Source: Felis catus
Lineage: Eukaryota
Length of the DNA stretch: 64,000 nucleotides
Direction of reading: 5' to 3'
NCBI RefSeq assembly: GCF_018350175.1
Contig: NC_058369.1
Location: 23,810,001 to 23,874,000 of the forward strand
Made by a program: the position numbers and the translations under genes. Numbering within the stretch: position 1 is the first letter of the stretch; every line of letters begins with the position of its first letter. Of this stretch, positions 48,471 to 60,453 are shown in pieces. The notes below the pieces were generated by a model. It made no database searches. It had not been told where the DNA came from and saw nothing but the letters and a program-made list of their open reading frames with translations.

Positions 48471-49819
48471 GCCCCTAATTTTTCAGGTCTGCAGAAATGG
48501 TCCCTTTGTTTCAATCAAAGGAAACCTCTGTCTCCTCAGAAAACAGGCGAGGCTTTTTTCAGCAAGCAGAAACTCAGATGCTCCAAAGAGCTGTCTTTAT
48601 TAATTTGTTAATTTTTTTAAAAGCCACTCAGACCACCCTGAAGTTTAACTGCCCTCTGTCATTTTGTGCTCCCAGGCTTTGTGCAGTCAGTGAGCTGTGC
48701 TTAGGCACTCTACAAGTCAGAGCTCATGCCACGAGTTCCCTCCTATGGGAGAGTTCTGCCTCTCTGAAGAGGAGCAGACGTGCTCAGAGCCTGGTAGTCT
48801 GCACTGTCACTCCTAAATGACAGGCGAGGGATGAACAGCTACAGAACTCAGTGGGACCAGAACACAAAGAGATTCAGGAGGCAGAGTTAGTTTTGTCTTT
48901 CCTCTGTAATCATCGGTATGGACTGTGGACTGACTGACCATGTGCTGGGCATTGTGTTTCGGCTGCACAGTGAAACAGTAAGACCTCAGTAACTGCTTTT
49001 GGGTGGGTGAATGAATAAATGAATGAAACAGATATCACTTTGATTTCACACTCCTCAAATCGAGCTTCAGTATTGCAAGGACATTTCGATTTACAGAACA
49101 TCTTCTCTCATTTGTCCGCTATTTCTGAGTGCCAGATCTGGGCAAAGTCAGCATGTTAGGCACACGCACATACACACACACATCCCCAAAGAAAACAAAG
49201 AACCTGCCCTCAACCTTTGTCCCTGCTTGGACAAATGAGATACGTGTAGTGATGGCTCCAGGTCAAGAAGGCAGCGGGTGAAGACAGCTCCTCATTCCTC
49301 AGAGCTGCTGGCCACACCTAAGAAGATTCTCTGAACATGACTGAAATGTCTCCCTAAAAGTCACACAAGAATCTTCCAGGTTATGATGAATGTTCCTTAC
49401 AGGCAGCTTTGCTCTCAAGGGGGAGACCAACAAAGGCTGCCCCGTAAAGAAGGGATCTCAGAGAAACACTGGAAGCACTGGAGGCCAGGTACTGGTGTCA
49501 CGCTTAGGCACAGGGGTGGGAGCCCTGTCAGTGCACACTTGGAAATCTGTCTCTGTGGGGGAAGAGCTCCTCGCCCGGGGCTCACTCTGCAGCCAGGCTT
49601 TGGGTGTTTTTGCCCATGTGCTTGCTCAGAGATTCTCTGCTGTGGTGGCCTCTGGGGCAGAATCCCAGCTAGTATGGGAGGTGGTATGGTGCCAGCTCCC
49701 CAGGGACGCTCGCTCTTAACCCCCCACCATGCCACCAAGCTAGACACCTGCATGAATACCCACCTGGTTATCCTTTGGCTCTCAGCTGCAAGCTCATGTC
49801 CAAAGAGCAGGCCTCCCCA

Positions 49820-50030
49820 GCTAACCCAAGAGGAAATCTTCTGCTTTGCTCTCTGCTCTCCTGGCTCTCTTAGCCTTCAGAGCACCTTTCACAGTATGAA
49901 AATGCACCTTTATTTGACTAGTTATTCGCTAGTATCTCCTGGCCCCCAGGCTGTGGACTCCCAGAGGGCAGGGATAGGCTGTGTCTGTCTTGTTCACAGG
50001 TGCATTCTCAGTCACCCCTGGTAGCCTAGT
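49820..50030 (+). mobile_element. L2 3' fragment
   Basis: 'ggctgtggactcccagagggcagggataggctgtgtctgtcttgttcac'. Confidence 0.7.
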
Positions 50031-51079
50031 TTTGTCTTCCAGTAGGATGGGCTTCCTGGTGAGTTGGGGCACTTACGTGGTAGGGAGACTTTCCTCCACT
50101 CCCCAGGGAGAACTCCACAAGGCCAGGGAAGGCTGTCAGGCTGCCAAGAGCACTTCCCACCTCCCACTCTTCTTGATGGCTCCTTCAAACCTACCTTTCC
50201 CTTCTCTACTGAAGAGCTCAAACGAGAGACCTCATAAAAAGCAACTAATTCACCAAACCAGAGATGCTATGCCTATAATATAGTCTGTTACTGCAAAAGA
50301 GCTATGGGTAGTCAAGACAAAAACAACACCCAAAAACCATTGGTTCCTCACTCTAGGAGTCCCAAATCTTTAACAACTCCTTTGCCTCGAAATCAAGTAA
50401 GTTTTTTTAAACAAGTCATATTTAAAATATGTGTTTCCTCTTCTCATTATAAAGAGAATCCTAAGAGACCACTTTTTTTTTTTTACATTCAATAAAAATC
50501 CAAACAGCTGCTTTGTTCCCAAATCACATGGTACATTTAATACAACACCCCAAAGACCACAATTGGCATTCACAGATAACTTTTTACAAAGACGAAACCT
50601 AATGAACATGGTCACCATCCTTCCTAAAACTAAAGTGAAGCCAGCAAGAACTATGCATGGGCTCCAGGCATGTTCCGGTGCCATACAGATAATTTCACAC
50701 TCAGCACCTCATACCCCCAGCCACATTTTTTCAGTTCTCAGTAGCTGACGGAGCACTGTGCCTATGGGACCACGTCTTAGAGACAGAAATCAATACAAAT
50801 AGATGACCTTAAGACTAAACGGTATTTAATGTTTCCTTGACAATTCAACAACTCCTTTCAGACTTTGCTATGCTACAAGATAAGGCTGCTACTTTAGGTT
50901 ATCACATGAACGTATTGTCACATAGATACATATAAATATCAATATATGAATATATTAGCCAACAGGAACACTGGTTTATAAATATTGAATTGTATATAAA
51001 AATACTTCAGTGACTAAGCCTATTACTTAACCTTTGCAATTTTCTCTCTTCCTTCCCCTTCCTCTATTGCTGCGGACAT

Positions 51080-51320
51080 CACTCAGCAGGTGTGTTTCAG
51101 GATCAGAAAGAAGGCCAGTGTGCTGTGGCAGAACCCCAGGGACGCGAGGGAATGGCATCCAGATGAGCCTGGGTAGGTAGGCAGGGGATGTGCATGCCAG
51201 GCCTTGTAGGCCCTAGCCAAGCATTTATATTTATTCCGAGCACAAAGGGAACTGCGTGGGGGCATTTAGGAAGTGAGTGTATGATGTAATTTACATTTAT
51301 TATAAAGATCATTCTGCCAA
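51080..51320 (-). mobile_element. L2 fragment
   Basis: 'aaggccagtgtgctgtggcag', 'caggccttgtaggcc', 'atttacatttattataaagatcattctg'. Confidence 0.75.
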
Positions 51321-51437
51321 ACTGTCTAATGAATTTATGCCTTGTGCCCCAAATTGATTACAAGTTCCTGGCTGACAGGGCTATAGGTTTTCTCCTATAA
51401 ATGCCCTCACCTCACATACTCACAGAAGTTTTAAACC

Positions 51438-51633
51438 AATACTTCTCAAACTTCTGTGTGCAGCAGAATCACCAGGAAGCCCATTCAAACCCAGCTTGCT
51501 GGACCCCACCTGCAGAGTTTCTGATTCAGCAGTTCTGGGTGGGGCCTGAGAATCTGCATTTCTAACAAGTTCCCAGGTGGTAGATGCCAGAAAGCAGGTT
51601 GCTGGTCCAGGCAGGGTGCTTAGACAGACAGTG
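51438..51633 (-). mobile_element. MER5A hAT MITE inside an L2 tail
   Basis: 'tttctgattcagcagttctgggtggggcctgagaatctgcatttctaacaagttcccaggtg'. Confidence 0.92.
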
Positions 51634-52158
51634 CTTAAACCTATTTGTTGAATAAATCAGTCAACGAATGGCCATGAAAACATTTTTCAAACAAAACAAC
51701 AGAAATAATCAGTGGTTTGAGCCTGACCTCAAATGGCAACCATTTATTCTAATTTGTCTTCTTCTGTTCTTAAGTTATTCCCTGCACCATGTTATGCAAT
51801 GATAACCAGAGAACTAAGCCCTGTGTGCAGAAGTATTTTGAAAGGACATAAATCATTGTGATTAGACAAGATGAGACACTTCAGAGACCACATCACCAAG
51901 CTTAACTGCAAATCAAATGTCATTCCAAAAAAAATTTTTTTTTACAAAAGTATGTGATTTATTTGTGTAGGCAGTAATTATCTGCCTCAATCTAGAAAAG
52001 GATGTGAGGTAGTGAGGCATCTGAGGCAAAACTGAAAATTAAGCTGAACTTTTCCTTGGAATTCAGGCATAAAGCTCACCATGGCCCATCCCCATCTGAT
52101 TCAAAGAACACAACATTGCTGAACACACCTACTATAAGAGGTTCTTCCTACTCTCTTT

Positions 52159-52373
52159 TTTTTTTTAATTTTTATACGTTTATTTATTTTTTGATAGAGA
52201 GAGACAGAGCACAAGTGGGGGAGGGGCAGAGAGAGGGAGACACAGAATCCAAAGCAGATTCCAGGCTCTGAGCTGTCAGCACAGAGCCCGATGCGGGCTC
52301 AACCTCACAAACCATGAGATCATGACCTGAGCCGAAGTCAGATGCTTAACTGACTAAGCCACCCACGTGCCCC
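52159..52373 (-). mobile_element. Feline CanSINE (SINEC_Fc)
   Basis: Full body; imperfect TSD ttcctactctcttt / ttctcactctcttt. Confidence 0.97.
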
Positions 52374-52428
52374 TTCTCACTCTCTTTCTTGAAGGAACCC
52401 CCAAAGATTCCAATTGAGGTGCTTATTA

Positions 52429-52900
52429 TGATAAAGCAGAAATGCAACTGAAGAACAAAAACGAGATAGAGACCCAGAACCAAAGGATAGAGAGTATGCT
52501 TTAGATCGAGGGAAGTCGGCACAGACCACTGTGCAAGAAGCACCCCTGCAGCTCTGAGGGCTTACTCTTTCCTGCCACATGTGAGCCATGGTTTTCCACA
52601 TGCAAATGTACATCCACCCAGAAATTGTTATCATGGCCCAACCCACAACAGGCAGTCCAACCTTGGGGGCTTAGGGGTTTAGTAGGAAGCCCTTTTGCCC
52701 GAGGCCTATAAAGTCAGAGGTTCACGTTCTGCTTAGGGAAAAAGCTGGTTAGACACACCCCCGGGGCTGTGTAAGGCCATACTTAAACAGTGGGGGTTGT
52801 CTCAAGGCCAGCTCATTTCTTTGGTAGTTATTCAGGATCTCATGGTCTAAGGTGGAGTTGGGGGAGGATTCAAAACATCAAAAGCCAGAGCATCAAAACA
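52429..52900 (-). mobile_element. ERV solo LTR (MER110/MER89-like)
   Basis: Minus strand begins TGTTTTGATGCTCTGGCTTTTGATGTTTTG...CCCCCAACTCCACC...CTGAATAACTAC...GGCCTTGAGACA. Confidence 0.65.
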
Positions 52901-53236
52901 AGAAAGGCTGCTGAAAATCACAGGCCTTGAAAAGCAACTGATAAATATAATAGTCATGAAAATAAGGAACCAATGAATGAACCGTACTCTCTGTCCACAT
53001 AGCAAGACACAAATAACATGAGACCGATAACAAGAATTTACATCATGTGGATGATGAACCTTGCTCTTTGTTCTATGCTGGGGTAATCATGGAATTGTCT
53101 GGCTGTGAATTAAACACGAAAACAGCAACCTCTACACTCTAGCAAAAAATAAAGTATGCGTGAGCCCCCAAATCCAAGGTCACTGCACAGGTTTCTCTTT
53201 GAAACCCAGCTCCCCATGGTATTTGCAGTTACCCAC

Positions 53237-53454
53237 CTCCAAAAGGGTAAAAGTAAACATTGGACCTGCTCTGGTGTTATACTGCCACCGGATCCTCCCC
53301 GCTGTCTCCCTCCTCCTCTTCTTCTTTACAGACAGGTAAAGTTGGATCGCTTGAAGGAACTGGGGGCTCCCACTCTAGGCAAAGGTTGGACAGGTGATCA
53401 ATGTACAGCATGAGATTTGACTGTGCCTCCGTGCCTCCGACAGAGCTGGATCAT
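53237..53454 (-). other. Candidate exon, probably non-coding
   Basis: Acceptor gctttcttgttgcttataattttcattgccccag; donor GAG|gtgggt; stops in all three frames. Confidence 0.25.
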
Positions 53455-53554
53455 CTGGGGCAATGAAAATTATAAGCAACAAGAAAGCGGTATTAACAGC
53501 AAGGGTAGGGAAGCCCAGGCAGCACATACCACAATTCCCTAGGACACTCAGCAA

Positions 53555-53905
53555 CCATTCCTTTCTCATTCGGTCATTCTGAACACACTCGTGGAGCATT
53601 GTGCCAGGCTCTGGGGATGTAGCAGTGACAAATATAAACAAGCCCTGCCCTCATGGAGCTTTTGGGTTGTCAGGACAATGAGACAAGCAATTAAAGGACA
53701 GTGGATAAAGGAACCTAGAGGGTGTCATGGAGCATAAAGCAAAGGGAGCCAACCCAGACTTGGGGTGAGTGGTCATGGAAGGCTTCCTGGAAGACGTGAC
53801 ATTTAACACTGAGCCTAGAGGAGGCATGGAGTTAGCCAGATAAGACTAGGGTGTGGCAGCATGTGCAAGATTCTGAGATGAGAGAGCATGGCTGATCTGA
53901 GGGGC
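53555..53905 (-). mobile_element. L2 3' region
   Basis: 'tgtgccaggctctggggatgtagcagtgac', 'ccctgccctcatggagctt', 'ggaaggcttcctggaagacgtgacattta'. Confidence 0.9.
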
Positions 53906-54391
53906 TGCTCTCATCACAAGGCGCTCCCCCAAACCCCACAATCCAGTCATGCTTTGGCCTCTTCTGGTGGGATCTCAGGAAAGAACTTAGAAAATAGTTT
54001 GTTCTATAAGAAGATAGAAAAAACAAACCAATAATACAGAGTTGAACTGCTCTAGAATAGACCCAGTTGCAGCAATCTGTTTTCTGCACACCAGCATCAC
54101 AGGTAAGTGAGATACCATACTTACTCAGGATTGTCAAAACTCAACACTGGGCAGAAATCTGGCATCATCAAAGTGAGAGCCCCAAGGCTTCTTCCCTCAG
54201 GCTCTCTCACTTTGCCCTTTCCTTTCCTCCAAGTTCCTGGGAAATCACAAAGGGAACATTTTGCTCCTCTTACCCTTGATGTTTTGATGTCAAAAAGGCT
54301 GCCGTAGAAATGACACCTCCTACTTGCCTAATGCAACTAAGGAAAACCAGATAGCTCCTGAAGCCAATCTTGCCACCAGGCTCCACGCAGG

Positions 54392-54462
54392 AAAACAAAA
54401 CAAAACAAAACAAAACAAAACAAAACAAAACAAAACAAAACAAACAAACAAACAAACAAAAA
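54392..54462. repeat. (CAAAA)9(CAAA)5 A-rich repeat
   Basis: Direct read. Confidence 0.95.
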
Positions 54463-54869
54463 CCCTGTGAAAATCCTAGTAGCTTGAGTGTTGCCCAGGG
54501 TTCTAGCTGCATTTACATTATGAAAGAGACCATTGTAGGGGATGGTTTAAGAAATGGCAACAAGCACATGGCCATTTTACCAAAACGTACCAAGCCCAGT
54601 CCAAAGTAGCTTTCCTCTACATTTTCATATTAGCATACAATTCAAGTCCTGCAAACAACATCCCTGATTGAACACGAAAAGAACAAAACCCTCACTTCTA
54701 AAAAGGAGAGCAAGCAGCTATTTTAGAGACAAAGAAAGGATGTCTTTTTAATCTATGACAACACAAATTTGTTTAGATTTTCCCTCCACTAAGTAAGTAA
54801 GCAATTAGGTTTTTTCCAATAAAAATATCCCTGTGCATGTGCAAACACCAGAGGCAATCATATAATTAC

Positions 54870-55069
54870 CCTGCCCAATCACATTCAATTGCTGACAGTT
54901 GAGTTCCCACTGCTCATTAACTTCAGATCGCAATGAGGTCTTTACGGAAGCCCTTTTCCCGTCTCTTTACAAAGGTTCCTATGATGCCGTGAGCAGCCCT
55001 AGCACTACCTCATGCGGGATAATCATCCCAAAATGGCCAGGGCCAAGGCCAGCCTACTCTGACTTCCCT
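54870..55069 (-). other. Candidate non-coding exon
   Basis: Acceptor with ~28-nt pyrimidine-rich tract ending tttcag; donor AGG|gtaatt; several CpGs; stops in all frames. Confidence 0.3.
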
Positions 55070-55169
55070 CTGAAAAAATAAAAAGAGAAATTTGAAGAAA
55101 CACTAGCTTGAACACCCTTGCTTCATTTGGGGATCTTACTTCTAAATATAATAGTAACCTTTCACCCCC

Positions 55170-55275
55170 ACACTTTAAGTGCCATAATTATATAATTAAA
55201 ACCAATTATGTCATTTAACAGAGAGACTTTTTCAAGATCCACAGCAAGCCAATTACCTCAATCATTGACCTCAGA
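55170..55275. promoter_or_regulatory. Homeodomain-site cluster (candidate developmental enhancer)
   Basis: CACTTTAAGTG 55171, TAATTATATAATTA 55185-55198, CAATTA 55203 and 55250. Confidence 0.35.
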
Positions 55276-55399
55276 AGATTTCCCACACTGACCTGCAACA
55301 ATGAGGATTGGGATAAATTTAGACACTGGCTTCCGAAGGCTGGCATAGACTTGCTGGGTGGGTTGTAGCTGGTCTTCTTCTAGACTCTAGAAGGTGAAC

Positions 55400-55640
55400 T
55401 GAATCCATTTGACTCAAACACCACCACCACTACTTGTTTGCACAATCTTTCCAATATCACAAGGTTGATTTTTCACCACCACCCTGATATTAGTATTATT
55501 TCCATGTTGTGGATGAGATAAAGGAAGCAAGGAGAGTTATGGAATTATCTCAAGTGATGCAGCTAGTTAATGGCAAAGACAGGTCATTAAAGGCAAGGAT
55601 CTGAGGCTTCCACCTCTGAATCCAAAGCCTCTTCATAGCA
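55400..55640 (-). mobile_element. MIR
   Basis: 'tattatttccatgttgtggatgagataaagga...gcagctagttaatggcaaag'. Confidence 0.7.
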
Positions 55641-55642
55641 AA

Positions 55643-55644
<2 letters not shown>

Positions 55645-55692
<48 letters not shown>
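55645..55692. repeat. (GT)24 microsatellite
   Basis: Direct read. Confidence 0.98.
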
Positions 55693-55694
<2 letters not shown>

Positions 55695-55699
55695 ATTCT

Positions 55700-56090
55700 C
55701 CTGGACATCCATTCCTCCTATTTTGATTATCTTACCCAATTTCCCTTTGACACAACAAATCTACCCACATCTGGCTCACACGCATCACACTAGACTCACC
55801 CCCAGCTCAGGAGTGTGCTATGACCTTGGCCTCAGACAACTGGCTCCTAGAATTTCCCTAGCCACTTCAATGCTCACGGATGAGCATGTGACCCAATAAA
55901 AGCCAATGAGACATACTGAGGCTTTGCTGAGGATCTTGGGAAAGAGATTCTTCCTATCTGGGCTTGCATATGGGAGGAGGAAGCATCCGGCAGTTGAACA
56001 GCCATCTAGCTACTACCGAAGGAGTGAGGGAGAATGGAGCTAAGAGATGTAGAGAGAGAAACTGGGTCCAAGGAAATATCTCTGGAATCC
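55700..56090 (+). mobile_element. MaLR LTR (MLT1K/L-like)
   Basis: 'ggatgagcatgtgacccaataaaagccaatgagac', 'gagagagaaactgggtcc'. Confidence 0.75.
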
Positions 56091-56621
56091 CTTCAGGTTG
56101 AGAATAGTGGCATTTAGAACATGGGGTCGTTCAATGGCACATTAGAGAAAATATGGAGAGCGTCACCACCTACAGCTTGGGTAGGTTTGAATACAAGGAT
56201 GGAATTAATTGACCGTGGCCCTGAGCAGCAGTTCTGCCTCCTGCTCACAACACAGTTAAATGCCTCCTAGTTTTGAGTTATTTAAAGAACATACCATTTT
56301 ATGGGCAGGAGGAAGCACTTTAATCTGCAAAATGATTTTTATCACAATCTAAACATCCTTGTAACTTTTTGGTCCTCTGCTTTGGTCTGAGTTGTCTCTC
56401 CTTGGAGCTGAGACAGCTGTTGGAGCCGAGAAGACCTGCCTTGACCTTGCACTTTGCCCTGCTCAGTGGTACCCTTGTACTCTCCAATTTCTGGATCTGT
56501 GTGGGATGTAAGAACTTAGGACACTTGCACTCATGATAATGGAGAATTTTCTTTCTTTTTTTTCCTTCTCTTTTCCCAGGACTTGAGGAAAAAGAAAAAA
56601 AGAGTGAGAATTCCTTTAATG

Positions 56622-56842
56622 CAGGATTTTCTACTTTGGCACTGTTGAAATTTGGGGGCAGATAACTCTTTGTTGTTAGGACTGCATTATATGTTATAGG
56701 ATGTGTAGAAGTGTCCTCTGGCCTCTACCCACTAGATGCCAGTAGCACCTCCCTCCCCAAGTTGGGACAACCAGAAATGTCTCTTGACATTGTCAGACAT
56801 CTAGGGGTATGGGCAAAGATTACCTCCAGCTGAGAACCACTG
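56622..56842 (-). mobile_element. MER20 hAT MITE, full length
   Basis: 'ggcctctacccactagatgccagtagcacc', terminal 'tgagaaccactg'; TSD ctttaatg / ctttaata. Confidence 0.95.
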
Positions 56843-57081
56843 CTTTAATATATCATTTGAGGTATTTATTGGATTTTCCTCACAGCATCTTTGAAAACAT
56901 AATTCCTTGTAGCATTATGATGTCTTCTACTTAAAGTGTAAGGACTCTTTAGAGTCCTAGAACACTCCTAGAACTTTCCAAGAGCCATGTAAACAATCTG
57001 CTAGGCAGCACTGACTAAACAAAAAGACCAAAGACAGCAATACCCACTGCTATCAGGGCCATGAAGCCACAGGAGACTCAC

Positions 57082-57135
57082 TGACCCATTAAGGACCAGG
57101 GTGGGGTAAACTGTATTAGATAGAAATTATTTTAC
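57082..57135 (-). other. Candidate short non-coding exon or recursive splice site
   Basis: Branch-like CTAAT (57178-57174), ~35-nt AG-free pyrimidine-rich tract, CAG|GTAAAA; downstream donors TGG|gtcagt and TCA|gtgagt. Confidence 0.3.
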
Positions 57136-57456
57136 CTGAAGACAACAAAGAGGAAAAAAACGTGGAGGAGAAAATTAGAAATGAAGAACAAGCATCTATA
57201 CGATGAGTTCCAACATGAGAATTTGGCTTCTCATTTCCACAGGAAGGAAAATGAAATCTTAAGATTGTTACTGGGTTTCCTGGATTCAGGTTCAACCAAA
57301 AAGGTTGAGGAGGCTGGGCTGAAACAGAAATTATCCCTCCAACAAAGACCTAACACTCACTCTTCAGAGAAAAGCCCAAGATGGTGAAGTCTTACTTATT
57401 TGGACAAATGTGGGCAAAGCCATTTAAAATACGAAAAATTGATGGATTCATAGAAT

Positions 57457-57660
57457 TATTTATTTGTTTATTTATCTATATTTATAATTATTAATTTTCA
57501 AGTTTACTTATTTATTTTGAGAGAGAGAGAGAGCACAATCAGGGGAGGGAGAGAGAGGGGGACAGAGAGAATCCCAAGCAGGCTCTGCAAACTGTGAGAT
57601 CATGACCTGAGCCAAAACCAAGAGTCAGGCACTCAACCAACTGAGCCACCCAGGCCTCCC
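57457..57660 (-). mobile_element. CanSINE (SINEC_Fc2-like) with internal deletion
   Basis: 'gcaggctctgcaaactgtgagatc' lacks the middle segment; TSD catagaat at 57449-57456 and 57661-57668. Confidence 0.95.
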
Positions 57661-58449
57661 CATAGAATATTTTTTAAAGGAAATGCACTTATTTATGTTC
57701 CTTGAAATGTCAGCAGTAACTAAGAATAGACTGGCAGAGGTCCTTCCTTCAGGATTAATTTGAATAAGATAGAACTCATTTAATTAGCATATCCATTGTT
57801 AAGCCTCAAAGAAGGACTTTGAATTGGTTTGTGAGTTAAAGGGTTGTGTCTTCACACAGGCTGCTGTAGCTGAGGCCAGCCCAGGATTCCATCATAATGG
57901 GGTTCCAATGAGGTTTTGCTTCAAGGCATAGACTTATGTGTACCTTAAAGTACTGACTTCTGTCAGAACCAGGTTGGTTTATGTGTGATGGCTGGCCTTT
58001 GTTGGGTGAAAATGTTTGTATTCTAGCAATGTCTCCCACTGGAAGTTTTAATGTCTTGGGAGATAGAGAAGTGTATCAAGGAAGTTCAAGTTATTAGAGC
58101 TGCGACACCCCTGCTTCCTCAGTTCCCAGGCAGCCTCCCCATCCAGCTATCACCATGTTCCAGCTGCCCCATTCTTCTGGCCCCCCTCATTCTCCAACTG
58201 CCCTCACTTCTTTCCTGTACTCAGTGAAATCTGATGGCAAAGGTATGACAACTTCTCAAATGGAGAAAGAGCAAGAATAAAGGAGTCTCCAGGAGCCTTG
58301 GCCCTCTTCCCATTGTGCTTTTAGGCTTATTGTTTTTTTGTTTTGATAAAAGAAGTAGAATAAACAATAATAGAAAAATACAAGTATTTGTCTGGAGGTT
58401 CTAGCAGAGGTGCACAGAGACTCTTACAAGCTGTATAAAGAACTGTCCT

Positions 58450-58629
58450 GGGGTGCCTAGGTGTTTTAGTCGGTTAAATGTCCAACTCTTGATTTTGGCT
58501 CAGGTCATGATCTCACAGTTTGTGAGTTCAAGCCCTGCAGTTGGTTCCACACTGCTGACAGTGCAGAGCCTGCTTGGGATTCTCTCTCTGCCCCTTCCCC
58601 ACTTGCTGTCTCTAAATACATAAACAAAC

Positions 58630-58708
<79 letters not shown>

Positions 58709-58710
58709 AA
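58450..58710 (+). mobile_element. CanSINE (SINEC_Fc2-like) with (GAAA)20 tail
   Basis: GGGGTGCCT head; TSD aactgt[c/t]ct at 58441-58449 and 58710-58718. Confidence 0.95.
58631..58710. repeat. (GAAA)20 tetranucleotide STR
   Basis: Direct read. Confidence 0.98.
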
Positions 58711-59224
58711 ACTGTTCTTTATAGAATTTCATCATTAAATCTGCAGGAACTAGTCCTCAACTCTTGATATATAAAGAATGAATTTCTCAGGGCATACTCT
58801 TCCTGTGTATAAGTATACCCAAGTATACTCAAGTATACCCAACACTCTACATATAACCTAAGACAAGTTCTGCCCTCCCCATGTCCTTCTCAGCATGAAG
58901 TATGAAGGAGACAGTCTCACGGGGGTGGCAGGTGTCACCCTCAGAGCCAATGACTGAGCAAGACTTCCAAGAGCAGCAAATCCTTGCTTTAGCCAGGGCT
59001 GAACCTTACTCCAAAGGTCAAGAAAAGGATCTTAACATTGTGCAGAAAACAGGTTAAGGTAGGAATTGAGCCTCAGTAGATCTAGACATTTTATGCAAAA
59101 TTTGGTTTGGGCACTTCCATACTTTATTGAGAGGAGTAGATTTATGGTTCTTAAATTAGTCTGAAACTCAGAATGAAAAATTAAACAACAGTTGTTATAA
59201 AGCCATCCCTTATTTGTTTAAAAA

Positions 59225-59390
59225 GTTATCTATGGTATAATTTACATAGCATCCAAGTTCATCCATTTTCGCTGTCAAGTTCAATGATTTTGAGTAAATG
59301 TATAGAGTTGGGCAACCATCACCACAAACCAGTTTTAGAACATTTCCATCACCTCAGAGAGATCCTGTGCTTGTTTATGGTGAATTTCCC
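59225..59390 (-). mobile_element. L1MB-like 3' end fragment
   Basis: 'agttcaatgattttgagtaaatgtatagagttgggcaaccatcaccacaaaccagttttagaacatttccatcacc'. Confidence 0.9.
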
Positions 59391-59896
59391 TTAACGTCTA
59401 TAACAAAAGTTCTGGAGTTGAAAGAAGGCTCTTTGCTTGTCTGCAGAGCTAATCCATTTCCCCCGTCTCAGGAGCTCTTCTAAAGAGCTAACTAGCATAA
59501 CTAGGTAGGCTGTATTTTTAAGTGTGAATTCTGACAACTCTAATCCAGGACCCAAGTGGAATTAAGCAAGTGAATCAATGTTCATATCTGGAAATAAATG
59601 TACTTTTCTGACACACTATAAATAAACATGCACTATTTTATCAATTTGGAACCATCTTGGTTCAAAGATGGCTAAAACCTAGTCTCAGTTAGAATCCAGG
59701 CTGAAAATTAAGGCTACAGAAATACCCTAAAGAATTCAGGACCCAACTGCTATTTCACAAGCAAGCCTGGGACCTTTGGCATTCATATGGTTTATTTGCT
59801 ACATTTGCCAAGGAAGTTTAAGAAAGTGAATGTAATTGTTAATCTTGTAACTCACAATCAGAAATGTGACTAATTATAAGGAAAGTATAAGAAAAT

Positions 59897-59969
59897 CATT
59901 CTTAATCCTTTTGAGGGTCATAAACCCCTTTGAGAGAATCTGATAGAAGTTATGGGTCTTCTGCCTAGA

Positions 59970-60032
<63 letters not shown>

Positions 60033-60115
60033 TCACAACATTTTACAATTGGAGGGAGTGGGCAGATTCTGTGATGATGCTCATGGACGTTTCAAAAGTC
60101 CATGAATGCCAGAAG
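59897..60115 (+). mobile_element. MER117-like hAT MITE with internal (AT)22(AC)7
   Basis: 'ttcttaatccttttgagggtcataaacccctttgagagaatctgatagaagttatggg'. Confidence 0.8.
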
Positions 60116-60453
60116 AGCATGGGCAAGTTAAAGCCATCCTAAAGTGTTAGTTGTGCTTTGATTTTCTTTTCCTCCCACTTGTGTGAGAAGGGGGAAAGTG
60201 GGGTGATAACAAATGATCTGGTTAGGGCAACAAAACATGGCTAGGCTGCTCTCAGACAACAGTGGTGAGAATTGTATCAACTCTCTGAACTCCATCAACT
60301 CAAGGTTCATTGTCAGTAAAGTGGACAGATTGGCCTGACAGTTTTCACGTTATGTTCCACAGATCTGACAGGTATCTGAGAAGGCGCTCTTAGATCCTGG
60401 AGCACTGTATAAGATCTCGTTATCTTAAGACATATTTTAAAACCACTGGGCTA

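Noticed and set aside
49383..50024. 213-aa ORF
   Set aside because: GC-rich chance ORF ending in an L2 fragment; no recognisable homology
56100..56290. Possible L3/CR1 relic
   Set aside because: Similarity too weak to call by eye
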